Origin: Candidatus Moraniibacteriota bacterium | GTDB taxonomy: Bacteria > Patescibacteriota > Minisyncoccia > CAIUEV01 > JAHKAQ01 | DNA: 34,589 bases | Direction: 5' to 3' | Assembly: GCA_014729445.1 (NCBI GenBank) | Contig: WJJX01000111.1 | Span: 1-34,589, forward strand | Part shown: one piece after another, positions 1-10,505 of the stretch | Layout of the letters: the number at the start of each line of letters is the position of its first letter | Position numbering within the stretch: the stretch's first letter is position 1 | The notes under the pieces: generated by a model | What the model saw: only the letters and a program-made list of their open reading frames with translations | Told to the model about the DNA's origin: nothing | Database searches by the model: none | Program-made: the position numbers and the translations under genes

Positions 1-420
1 CCTGAGGGCCAAAAGGATGAAACAGACAAAGAGCCGATTATTCAGAAAATGACCGAAATCCGCGAAAAACTGACCAAAATACCAAAAGAAAGCCAAACAG
101 ACAAAGCTAAAACAAAGACAAAAACTGACGGCGCCGCTAAAAAGAAAAAACCAGCCGCCAAGATTAAATTTCCAAAAAGAAAAATCAACCTCGCTCAAAC
201 CAAAAAGATAATGTTTGAAAGACAGGAAGAATCCCTGATCAAAAAAATATCTTCAAACCCCAAAAATGATAAATCATACATTGAACTTGGTAAACTCTAT
301 CTTAAAGTCGAAAACCTTGAAGATGCCAAAGCCTCTTTTAAGCAGGCCTTGAAATTGAATAAAGGCAATTATGAAGCCAAAAAATTCCTAAAAGAAATCG
401 CTCAAAAATTAGAACTCTAA
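1..420 (+). CDS. TPR-repeat protein, C-terminal part (5'-truncated by the window edge)
   Basis: Frame is open from base 1 to TAA at 418-420. The C-terminus has a TPR-like pattern (NPKNDKSYIELGKLYLKVENLEDAKASFKQALKLNKGNYEAK) after a Lys-rich linker. Confidence 0.75.
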   Translation, partial: PEGQKDETDKEPIIQKMTEIREKLTKIPKESQTDKAKTKTKTDGAAKKKKPAAKIKFPKRKINLAQTKKIMFERQEESLIKKISSNPKNDKSYIELGKLYLKVENLEDAKASFKQALKLNKGNYEAKKFLKEIAQKLEL

Positions 421-579
421 ACTGATTTTACCTGTATTTGATTTGGACAAAATTTTTTGTTTTTATTATATTTAAAAATATTTTGAACTAAGCTTGGATT
501 TTTCAATAAGCTTTTTTAAAGATTAGGCCCGCTTCGCGAGTGTAATCTTTAAAATAATTTTATTATGGGTATTAAACTG

Positions 580-652
580 GCCGATGTAGCTCAGTTGGCA
601 GAGCACCACCATGGTAAGGTGTAGGTCAGCGGTTCAAATCCGCTCATCGGCT
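580..652 (+). tRNA. tRNA-Thr(GGT)
   Basis: Cloverleaf: acceptor GCCGATG/CATCGGC, D arm GCTC/GAGC, anticodon loop AT-GGT-AA (GGT at 613-615), T arm AGCGG-TTCAAAT-CCGCT. CCA is not encoded. Confidence 0.95.
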
Positions 653-690
653 CAATTAATTAAGATTGAATTGGTCGGCCTTGGGAAAAC

Positions 691-720
691 TTGCTTTTTT
701 GGTCGATTTTATGCTAATTT
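691..720 (+). promoter_or_regulatory. Possible sigma70 promoter for rpsB-tsf-gyrB
   Basis: TTGCTT (691-696), 18-nt spacer, extended -10 TGcTAATTT (712-720). Confidence 0.35.
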
Positions 721-776
721 ATTTTATAAGGGTTATGGGAACCCAGTTTTTTAATTATTAAATAAAATTTAACTAA

Positions 777-1550
777 ATGAGCACAAGTCCAAGCAGCATT
801 CAACAAGAACCCGATCAACAAAAAGAATCCCCAGAGGAGCAATTACTAGAAGAGGGAACTCTTGAACTTATCAAAAAAGCAAAGGATAAAAAAATTGATT
901 TAGAGGATTTATTAAAAATGGGTGTTCATTTTGGTCATCAGAAATCAAAATGGAATCCTAAAATGAGAAAATTTATTTATACCATGAGAAACGGGGTAAG
1001 GATTTTTGATTTGGCAAAAACAAAAGAGGCGCTCATTGAGGCGACCGCTTTCATGAAAGAAAAAAAGGGAGACGGTCAAATCCTGTTTGTGGGAACCAAA
1101 AGACAGGCCAACGATATCGTTAAAACTGTGGCCAATTACTTGGACATGCCTTATGTTACCGAACGCTGGTTAGGCGGAACTTTGACTAATTTTAAGACTT
1201 TAAGATCGAGAATCGACAAATTGATTATGGTGGAAAAACTTCAAGAAAAAGGGGAATTGAAAAAATATACCAAAAAGGAACAAGGTGTTTTCAAAGAAAA
1301 ACTGGAAAAATTCAATAAAAGAATGGGCGGAATTAAAAATATGAAGGAATTACCAAAAGTTGTCTTTGTTGTCGATTTGATCTCCGATAAAATAGCCGTG
1401 GACGAGGCCAACAAGATGAACATTCCCGTGGTTGGTATTGCCGATGCGAATGCCGACCCGACCAAAGTGGACTTGGCTATTCCGGCTAACGACGATGCAG
1501 TGGGTTCAATAAAATTTATTTTAACCTATATAGCGGCTAATTTAAAATAA
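777..1550 (+). CDS. rpsB: 30S ribosomal protein S2
   Basis: Motifs GVHFGH, WNPKM, LFVGTK, RWLGGTLTNF, IPANDD; lies directly upstream of tsf. Has an acidic N-terminal extension. Confidence 0.98.
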   Translation: MSTSPSSIQQEPDQQKESPEEQLLEEGTLELIKKAKDKKIDLEDLLKMGVHFGHQKSKWNPKMRKFIYTMRNGVRIFDLAKTKEALIEATAFMKEKKGDGQILFVGTKRQANDIVKTVANYLDMPYVTERWLGGTLTNFKTLRSRIDKLIMVEKLQEKGELKKYTKKEQGVFKEKLEKFNKRMGGIKNMKELPKVVFVVDLISDKIAVDEANKMNIPVVGIADANADPTKVDLAIPANDDAVGSIKFILTYIAANLK

Positions 1551-1636
1551 AGAAGCCTTAAAATTAGACTCCTGATTTTGAGGAACAGCTTGGGCTTAAA
1601 GACCTTAACCTTAAATAATTCTAAACATATAAAACA

Positions 1637-2224
1637 ATGAAAATAGAGGCTAAAAAAATAAAGGAATTAAGAGATAAAACCGGGGTCAGTATTATGAAAT
1701 GCAAAGAAGCTTTGGAGGCGACCGACGGCGATTTGGAAAAAGCCGTTGAAGAGCTTAGAAAAAAGGGCGAGAAAACCGCTCAAAAAAAAGCAGACCGAGA
1801 AACCAAAGAAGGCGTTATAGGCTCCTACGTTCACAACAACGGCAAACTTGCCGCTATGGTTAAACTTTACTGCGAAACTGATTTCGTTGCACGAAATCAG
1901 GATTTTATTGCTCTAGCTAAAGATCTTGCCATGCAGGTGGCCGCCACTAATCCTTTATACATAAATCCTTCTGAGTTTCCCGAAGCAACAATCGAAAATG
2001 AGAAACAAATTGAAAGAGAGGCTTTGAAAAAAGAAGGTAAACCCGATGAAATTATCGAAAAAATTCTCAAAGGTAAAATCAAAAAATTCAAAGAAGAAAA
2101 TTCTCTTTTAAAACAAGCTTTTATCAAAAATCCCGAAATAATCATTGAAGACTTAATTAACGATTCCATAAGTAAACTGGGCGAAAACATCAAAATCGAA
2201 GAGATAAAAAGATTCGAGGTGTAG
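1637..2224 (+). CDS. tsf: Elongation factor Ts (short, 195-aa type)
   Basis: IKELRDKTGVSIMKCKEAL UBA-like N-terminus and CETDFVA motif; canonical rpsB-tsf order. Confidence 0.97.
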   Translation: MKIEAKKIKELRDKTGVSIMKCKEALEATDGDLEKAVEELRKKGEKTAQKKADRETKEGVIGSYVHNNGKLAAMVKLYCETDFVARNQDFIALAKDLAMQVAATNPLYINPSEFPEATIENEKQIEREALKKEGKPDEIIEKILKGKIKKFKEENSLLKQAFIKNPEIIIEDLINDSISKLGENIKIEEIKRFEV

Positions 2225-2244
2225 TTCAATAAATAAACAAAAAC

Positions 2245-4245
<2,001 letters not shown>

Positions 4246-4246
4246 T

Positions 4247-5323
4247 TTAACCTCCTCTATTCATCGCAATTCCTATCGCCACCGCTAATTCATACTGAAA
4301 ACTTCGAATAATCGATTCCTGATCCCTGGAAAAACTGATTTGACTCCAGGGATCTCCATCCACAACCATAAGTCCGGTTTCCTTCTTTAAAAATTCTTCA
4401 AAACCTTTCAGTTTTGAAGTTCCGCCTACTGTGAGTACTTTTTGAACCGGGGTCGAGGAATTTTTTTGATTATAGGCCTTAATAACTCTTTTAAGTTCAT
4501 CGACAATTCTTCCAACCACTGGACTTATAAGCTCGGTTAAGCGAGGATCGCTTAATCCGCCTTCTTTTTTTAGCGCTTCGCTTCTTACGATATCAACGCC
4601 CAGCCCCCGAGCAATCGCATTGGTGATATCTCCCCCTCCAACGTCCACATTCCTGGTGGCCCGAAGAGAACCACTTACCGCTACAAGAATATTGCAAATT
4701 CTTGATCCGATATCCAGGATGGCCACGGCGTTATTCATTTCTTGCGGGCCAACGAGGCATCGAATAAGAGAAAAATTTTCCGGCTCAATGCTTCCCAAAT
4801 TTAATTTGGAATCTTTAGCTATTGTTTCATATTTTTGAATGGTATCGTTGGCTATCGCCATCAACAAAATTTTCATCTGGCCGCTGTCGTTTATTTCAAA
4901 GGACTTTTTATCCCCGGACCTGGCTTTTAAAAGCTCCCAGCCCAAGGTCACTTCGCCCAGGGGAACCGGAATAAATTTCACCGCCTCCCTTTTGATTAAC
5001 TCGGGTATTTGTTCAGGATTAGCTCTTGGAATGTTAATAAAGGATATAAAACTGGAAAAATTGGGCACACTGAAAGACGCGTCCCTGCAATCGATATTGC
5101 TTTTTTTTAAGGCAAATTTCAAAATTTTGGAAATTTGTTTTCCAGCGATAATTTGATTGCTGGTCTGAATCGAACCCTTTTTGAGCCTGGCAATGGTAAA
5201 ATTTTTTAAAACCGGGGTTCTTGACCGCAAGTCCAGATGAACAGCCTTAATCGAGGATGTTCCCACATCTATCCCTACTGACTCCAGTTTCCCCTTTTCG
5301 AAAACTTTTTGGAATAAACCCAT
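4247..5323 (-). CDS. pilM: Type IV pilus assembly protein PilM (actin-like ATPase)
   Basis: VGIDVGTSSIK, ILDIGSR, VGGGDIT, VLTVGGTSKLKG, AVAIGIAM. Likely start is ATG at 5323 (MGLFQ). Confidence 0.9.
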   Translation of the reverse strand: MGLFQKVFEKGKLESVGIDVGTSSIKAVHLDLRSRTPVLKNFTIARLKKGSIQTSNQIIAGKQISKILKFALKKSNIDCRDASFSVPNFSSFISFINIPRANPEQIPELIKREAVKFIPVPLGEVTLGWELLKARSGDKKSFEINDSGQMKILLMAIANDTIQKYETIAKDSKLNLGSIEPENFSLIRCLVGPQEMNNAVAILDIGSRICNILVAVSGSLRATRNVDVGGGDITNAIARGLGVDIVRSEALKKEGGLSDPRLTELISPVVGRIVDELKRVIKAYNQKNSSTPVQKVLTVGGTSKLKGFEEFLKKETGLMVVDGDPWSQISFSRDQESIIRSFQYELAVAIGIAMNRGG

Positions 5324-5413
5324 TATTATATTTGTTTTTATCTCTAAAGATGTTTGGAATTTTAGACTAAACAAAACCCCATTATTCTATTATATCTTAT
5401 GTGGGGGGAGGCT

Positions 5414-6421
5414 TCAAATATTTATTTTTGCCAGGCTGTTTCGCTCTTTTATTTCCTGAATCAAATTTTCGATTTCAACTTCTTGAACCTGGATATTTTC
5501 AAGTTTTTTTTGATATTCCTCGATAAGCTTTTCGTCAAATTTTTCCTTGGCCTCAATAAATTCCGCAAAGGCGGTATCAGCTTCATTGGCTATTTGAAGT
5601 TCCAACTCCAAAACCTCGTTTTGCGATTTTGAATCTTTATTAACTGCTGTCTCTTTTCTTTTTTGCAAAAAAGAAATTTGCCTGTGGGTAAAGATTTCAA
5701 AAGAATTAAGCAAATCAGCAACAATCGTCTTTATTTCTCTGGTGTTTTCAGTATTGGCCGGAAGCTCTTCTATATTTTGCCTGATTTCCGCAAATATGGG
5801 CAGCCGGCGGTTGATTAGCTCAATAGACCGCTCAAAATCCTCCGGACTGGAAAGTGTTTGAGGAAAAGAAATATTGTTTGTGGCTGATTCCAGTTTTTCA
5901 AGCAGCGGCGTCATTTCGATCAATAAATTGTTTAAACTTTCATAATCCCTGCTTATATCCTCAACTGAAAGATAATAATTCTCGATTTTTTCGGACAAAA
6001 GCTTGAGGTTTTGCTCTCGGCTGAAATCTATATTCTTATTTTTTTCGATTATTAAGGCCTGAAGACTCGCCGCAATCGCTTTGGATTGTTCTTTGGAGCC
6101 TTCGTTGTTAACCGCTTCCTGGTTTGATTTGCTCGCCAAACTCAAACCTTTAAAATTAGAGTTTACATCCTCTCTGAATAGACCGACTTTTGCTTTAACC
6201 TCCCGATAATCCTTCTCTCTTTTTTCCACATAGCCTTCCCCGGCGGGAATTAATTTCTTGGAATAAACAATAAAAACAGCCAAAATCAGAATAAAAAACA
6301 GGCTGAAGGTAAAAATGAATATGCCTTTCTTATCCTTTAATCGCTTAGAGACCCTTTTGAAAATTTGACCCAAGCCAAGAAACGGTTTTGATTTCGATTT
6401 TTTAAAATCTTTTTTCTCCAT
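5414..6421 (-). CDS. Hypothetical membrane-anchored helical/coiled-coil protein
   Basis: 335-aa ORF with a basic N-terminus, one hydrophobic helix (GIFIFTFSLFFILILAVFIVY) and a Glu/Lys-rich helical remainder. Confidence 0.75.
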   Translation of the reverse strand: MEKKDFKKSKSKPFLGLGQIFKRVSKRLKDKKGIFIFTFSLFFILILAVFIVYSKKLIPAGEGYVEKREKDYREVKAKVGLFREDVNSNFKGLSLASKSNQEAVNNEGSKEQSKAIAASLQALIIEKNKNIDFSREQNLKLLSEKIENYYLSVEDISRDYESLNNLLIEMTPLLEKLESATNNISFPQTLSSPEDFERSIELINRRLPIFAEIRQNIEELPANTENTREIKTIVADLLNSFEIFTHRQISFLQKRKETAVNKDSKSQNEVLELELQIANEADTAFAEFIEAKEKFDEKLIEEYQKKLENIQVQEVEIENLIQEIKERNSLAKINI

Positions 6422-6461
6422 TTTTTTGAAATTTATTTCAAGGATTCTTTGCGCCTTATAA

Positions 6462-7190
6462 TTAGTCTTTTCCCATGGCCTCCTGTTTTAACCGGGGCGG
6501 CATTTTTTCAATTGCGTATCTTAAGGCGGTTCTGGGCATATCTTTTTTATTCTCAAGAATAAAACGAAAAACCTGCCCGGGCTTATAATAGTAAGCGGAT
6601 TTAAGCATCCAGCCGTATCCTTTTTGAACTAAATCCTCCTTATCTTTAAGCAGTTTTTGAGCAATTTCAAATATATCCTTTAAATTCTGCCTCTTGGAAT
6701 AAAATTCCCGGGAATGGCTGATGAAACTCACGGCCGCAGCTCTTCTGGTCCACAGATTCCCGGAATCGGTCCAGGATTTAATCCTTTTGTTTAACTTGGG
6801 ATATTGCTTGAGCATCGGATGAATAACCTTCGAACAGAAATCATCGTCTTTGGCCCAATTATCTATATATTGATTGAGCCAATCTTCAAACAGAGAAATC
6901 TCTTTTGCCTTAAATCTTTCAAGAATTCCAGCGGTCCATTGAATGGCAATGGTCGCCTCCTCATTATAACCTGATTTGAATAATTTTTCTATCAGCTTAA
7001 TCTGTTCTTCTTTCTGCAAGTATTTTATGTTCTTAAAATGTTTTCGGGCAATTTTTCGAACAATCGGCGTCCTTATTCCGCGGCATTTAATTTTTTCCTT
7101 AAAAAATTTTTGGTTTTGCCTTTTATAAGTTAAATCAAGATTTTGATCCAGGTCTTTTCTAATTCGACTGATAATCCCATTAAAATCCAT
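6462..7190 (-). CDS. DNA alkylation repair enzyme (AlkD-like HEAT-repeat family)
   Basis: GIRTPIVRKIAR, IDNWAKDD, SGNLWTRRAA, DLVQKGYGWMLK, MPRTALRYAIEK are typical of the DNA_alkylation family. Confidence 0.9.
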   Translation of the reverse strand: MDFNGIISRIRKDLDQNLDLTYKRQNQKFFKEKIKCRGIRTPIVRKIARKHFKNIKYLQKEEQIKLIEKLFKSGYNEEATIAIQWTAGILERFKAKEISLFEDWLNQYIDNWAKDDDFCSKVIHPMLKQYPKLNKRIKSWTDSGNLWTRRAAAVSFISHSREFYSKRQNLKDIFEIAQKLLKDKEDLVQKGYGWMLKSAYYYKPGQVFRFILENKKDMPRTALRYAIEKMPPRLKQEAMGKD

Positions 7191-7217
7191 TTGAATAGCT
7201 TTAATTAAATTTTTTTG

Positions 7218-7290
7218 CGCGCCCGGCAGGAGTCGAACCTACAACCCCTTGGTCCGAAGCCAAGTGCTCTATCCATTGAGCCACGGGCGC
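7218..7290 (-). tRNA. tRNA-Arg(TCG)
   Basis: Reverse complement: GCGCCCG-TG-GCTC AATGGATA GAGC-A-CTTGG CT-TCG-GA CCAAG-GGGTT-GTAGG TTCGACT CCTGC-CGGGCGC-G. 73 nt, CCA not encoded. Confidence 0.95.
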
Positions 7291-7503
7291 TTATTTTAAC
7301 TTAAACATGACTTATTTGGATTTTCAAGTAAATCTTTGGTCGAATTTATTTAATATTACCATAAATATTGATTTTTTTCCATTTTTTTATTAAACTTTGA
7401 CTGGATGAGCTCATGTTAAGTTTTTCAAACGGAATTCAAAATTTTCATTATAAAGCCTAAAAATGAACTTAATATGCGTTAAATAATAAGTAAATAAGGA
7501 GGA

Positions 7504-8169
7504 ATGCATATATTAATTGTGGAAGACGAAAATAAAATTCTAAATTATTTAAAATCTTCTTTGAAAGCGGAAATGTTTTCTGTTGATTCGACCAATAACG
7601 GGACGGACGGCCTTTTTTTAGCCAGGACTAATCATTATGATTTGATCGTCCTTGATAAAAACCTGCCTAAGATGAGCGGGGATCAGGTTTGCAAAGAGAT
7701 CAGACGGAAGGGCATTAACACCCCGATCATCTTTTTAACCGGCGAGGATACGCTTGAAGATAAACTGACCTCTTTTAATATCGGAGCTGATGACTATTTA
7801 ACCAAACCCTATTCTTTTGATGAGCTTCTGGCCAGAATTAAGGCTTTGTTGAGAAGACCTCGGGGAATTGAAAAAAACAAAATCAAAATCGGCGATCTGT
7901 TGATTGACAGAAATAAGTTCAAGGTAACAAGAAATAACAAGGATCTAAGACTTACCAGAAAAGAGTTCAATTTATTACTGTGTCTGGCCAGCAGCAGGGG
8001 CAATGTTGTAAGTCGGGGTAAAATTTTGGAAACCGTTTGGGACATGCATGCGGATCCTTTTTCCAATACAATTGAATCTCATATTTTAAGTCTTCGAAAA
8101 AAGGTTGACCCCAAGAAAAAACTTATTAAAACAATTCCCGGACGGGGTTATATGATTGAAGCTGCTTAG
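7504..8169 (+). CDS. OmpR/PhoB-family response regulator
   Basis: Receiver domain (ILIVEDE, DLIVLD, IIFLT, GADDYLTKP) plus winged helix (LTRKEFNLL, IKTIPGRGY). Confidence 0.95.
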   Translation: MHILIVEDENKILNYLKSSLKAEMFSVDSTNNGTDGLFLARTNHYDLIVLDKNLPKMSGDQVCKEIRRKGINTPIIFLTGEDTLEDKLTSFNIGADDYLTKPYSFDELLARIKALLRRPRGIEKNKIKIGDLLIDRNKFKVTRNNKDLRLTRKEFNLLLCLASSRGNVVSRGKILETVWDMHADPFSNTIESHILSLRKKVDPKKKLIKTIPGRGYMIEAA

Positions 8170-8498
8170 ATGCCTGCTTGACCGCCAAAAAGAGAATTGA
8201 TCAACATAACTAAAGCAAAAGAACCAATCGCGATTGCGAGGCCGATAATGGCATAATTTAAATGACGCTTAGCCTGCTCCATTTTTTCCTGATTGCCTAT
8301 GGAAACAAGATACATCAGTCCTCCAATTACAAATCCGATAACTCCAATGCCTGCGATTATTAAAAAAATGAATCTTACAACATTCGAAACAACCTCCATA
8401 ATCGAAGGCGCTTCCTCAAAAAGTTCTTGAGCCCAGACGATTTGATAATTCAAGAAAACAAGCCCCCCGCTGACCAAACTAATTTTTAACTTTCTCAT
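8166..8498 (-). CDS. Pilin-like protein (TrbC/VirB2-like)
   Basis: Signal peptide ending VWA, then two hydrophobic helices around GGLMYLVSIGNQEKMEQAKRHLNYAIIGLAI, the pattern of CPR T4SS-type pilins. Confidence 0.8.
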   Translation of the reverse strand: MRKLKISLVSGGLVFLNYQIVWAQELFEEAPSIMEVVSNVVRFIFLIIAGIGVIGFVIGGLMYLVSIGNQEKMEQAKRHLNYAIIGLAIAIGSFALVMLINSLFGGQAGI

Positions 8499-8677
8499 AA
8501 AATCAAAATTATTTTTAAACTTATTTTCCGGATACTTGATGCAATAATATTTTCTAAATTAATCTCGGTCTTAAAATTCAGAAGAAGAAATTTTTAGATT
8601 CCATAAAAGAACTTAATAAGCTCCTTTTAAAAACAGCATAGCCTAATTGGATCATTTTTTCAACAATCTTTAAGGTA

Positions 8678-10393
8678 TTAATCCGCCTGTCTGTAAAAGA
8701 TTTTAACCTTTTGCAAATATAGGGGATGATTGGGTTTTTGGATGAGGTTGATCGTTTCCGCCTCCTTTTTTTCAACATCTTCTCCTTGAGCCGCCCTTAA
8801 GTTGTCGGTTAGAATTATCTTAAGTCCATTTCTATCGATTTCTATAATTCCGGTTAAATAATAATCCGATTTTTCTTTCAAATTAACTTCTTTTAACAGA
8901 TTCTGATCCGGGACTTCTATTTTGATAATTTTATGCCGGCTTTCAAAATAATAATAAGAGGAAATTTTTTTCAAATAGCGCCCCCAAAGACCAATCAGAT
9001 TTCCTCTTTGTGAGACAAAACTCTCTTTGTTCAATTCTTGGATTTGTTTTTCCACAAGTTGTCCCGTCTTTACTTTTTTAATCTCAAGCGCCTTTATATA
9101 CCCCTGATAGCTCTTTATGTGGAAATATCCTTTGATCTTTAACGTCTCTCCCGGATAGTAAATAAAATCCAACTCCGGCTCAATTATAATTCCATTGTTG
9201 TTGATTCCCAGATAAAAACGATTATTGTCTAAAAGGTGGGACCGATTTAAGACAATGCCTGAAACTTCGACCTCTTCATCTTTATTAAGTTTTTTAAAAT
9301 CCTCAAGGTTTTTAATCTTTTTGCGGCTTCGACCGGCGCCGGTCTCCTCCCTTTCCTCTGTCGATTGACTGCTTGATTGTTCCGCCTCTGCCTCTTCAAT
9401 GGCGTTCGGTGCGCCCGGGCTTGGCTTTTTACTCCAATAAACCTTCTCATTTTCGCTGTTTTTGTTGAGAGACAAACCGCTCTCGGCGTCAACATATTCC
9501 ATTTCATCAATTAATTGTTCGGATTTCGTATATAAACCAATCCGGTCATTCGAATTTCTAAGAGAAAACCGGAAGTCTTTTTTATAAAAGACCAAATGTT
9601 CGCCCGGCTTGATAATTTTTTGAGGAACAAATTCTTTGTTCTCATTGTTAACTATGTAAATATTTTTTAAATCGATTTCGAATTGAGAGGTGTTTAAAAT
9701 TTCGATGAATTCATTTTCGTCATTGTCCGCCCCTTCCGGGTTAGGCAAAATCTCGCTTAAAATCAAGCCGTTAATTAAATTATGATTATTGTCGTTTTCG
9801 TCATTTTTTTCCGAGTCCGCGGGGGAACAAGACGATTTTTCACCGGGCGTCCCAAAATCACCACTCGGCATTTGCTGGGTGCTTGTTTCAAGATTATCCA
9901 TGGAATAAATCTGAGGGGCTTCAAAGCTGCAGACTTCCAGCGATTTTCCCGTCGCCACATCGCTTGAATCGTATTCCAGCTTTATCTCAGCTTGGCCGTC
10001 GCTTAACAGAATAAATCCACCCTGATTGGAAAGATTTAAGCTCTTCCACTGGTAAGCGCAGTCAATACCGCCGTTTGCTTCCTGATCCTTGTTTTTACAC
10101 AAAACAACGAAATCCTTAGACTCAAGCACCAGGTCTTCTTCTATGCTGGACTCCTTGCTTTGATTGGATAATTCTAAACCTTTTAAGTTAATTGGATTAG
10201 CCGAGTTGTTGTAAATTTCAATCCATTCCCCTTTTGAATCGGCTACGGCATCGGGATTCGGCATTATTTCGGAAATTATTAAACCTCTTGATTCCAGGGC
10301 GCGGCTTGTTTTTCCGGCTAGAATCAAACAGAAAATGGGGGTTATAATCAAACAGAAAAGGGTTTTGGGCTTTGAAAATTTTTTTTGCTTCAT
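8678..10393 (-). CDS. Secreted protein with two lamin-tail domains (LTD) and probable OB-fold C-terminal domains
   Basis: N-terminal signal; two LTD starts (IISEIMPNP...EWIEIYN; ILSEILPNP...EFIEILN) ending in GTPG/SPG motifs. The C-terminal VEVSGIV...GETLKIKG segment is OB-like (inference). Confidence 0.85.
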   Translation of the reverse strand: MKQKKFSKPKTLFCLIITPIFCLILAGKTSRALESRGLIISEIMPNPDAVADSKGEWIEIYNNSANPINLKGLELSNQSKESSIEEDLVLESKDFVVLCKNKDQEANGGIDCAYQWKSLNLSNQGGFILLSDGQAEIKLEYDSSDVATGKSLEVCSFEAPQIYSMDNLETSTQQMPSGDFGTPGEKSSCSPADSEKNDENDNNHNLINGLILSEILPNPEGADNDENEFIEILNTSQFEIDLKNIYIVNNENKEFVPQKIIKPGEHLVFYKKDFRFSLRNSNDRIGLYTKSEQLIDEMEYVDAESGLSLNKNSENEKVYWSKKPSPGAPNAIEEAEAEQSSSQSTEEREETGAGRSRKKIKNLEDFKKLNKDEEVEVSGIVLNRSHLLDNNRFYLGINNNGIIIEPELDFIYYPGETLKIKGYFHIKSYQGYIKALEIKKVKTGQLVEKQIQELNKESFVSQRGNLIGLWGRYLKKISSYYYFESRHKIIKIEVPDQNLLKEVNLKEKSDYYLTGIIEIDRNGLKIILTDNLRAAQGEDVEKKEAETINLIQKPNHPLYLQKVKIFYRQAD

Positions 10394-10505
10394 CTGAAAG
10401 TTTAGTCGGAAGGGAGGGTGGGAAGCCCACCCTCTGATCTGGACTATAGCTTTTTTTAGATGAAATCAGGATAAAAAAATTTTAAAATTAAGATTAAAAT
10501 TTTTC

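Noticed and set aside
730-750. GGGTT-atggg-AACCC hairpin as the S2 autoregulatory leader
   Set aside because: Position fits, but a 5-bp stem is too little to assign the known rpsB leader.
8578-8778. 66-aa ORF as a gene or frameshifted tail of the LTD protein
   Set aside because: It overlaps the LTD gene by 101 nt in another frame, with no recognisable motif or clear anchor. A homopolymer error cannot be excluded without reads.
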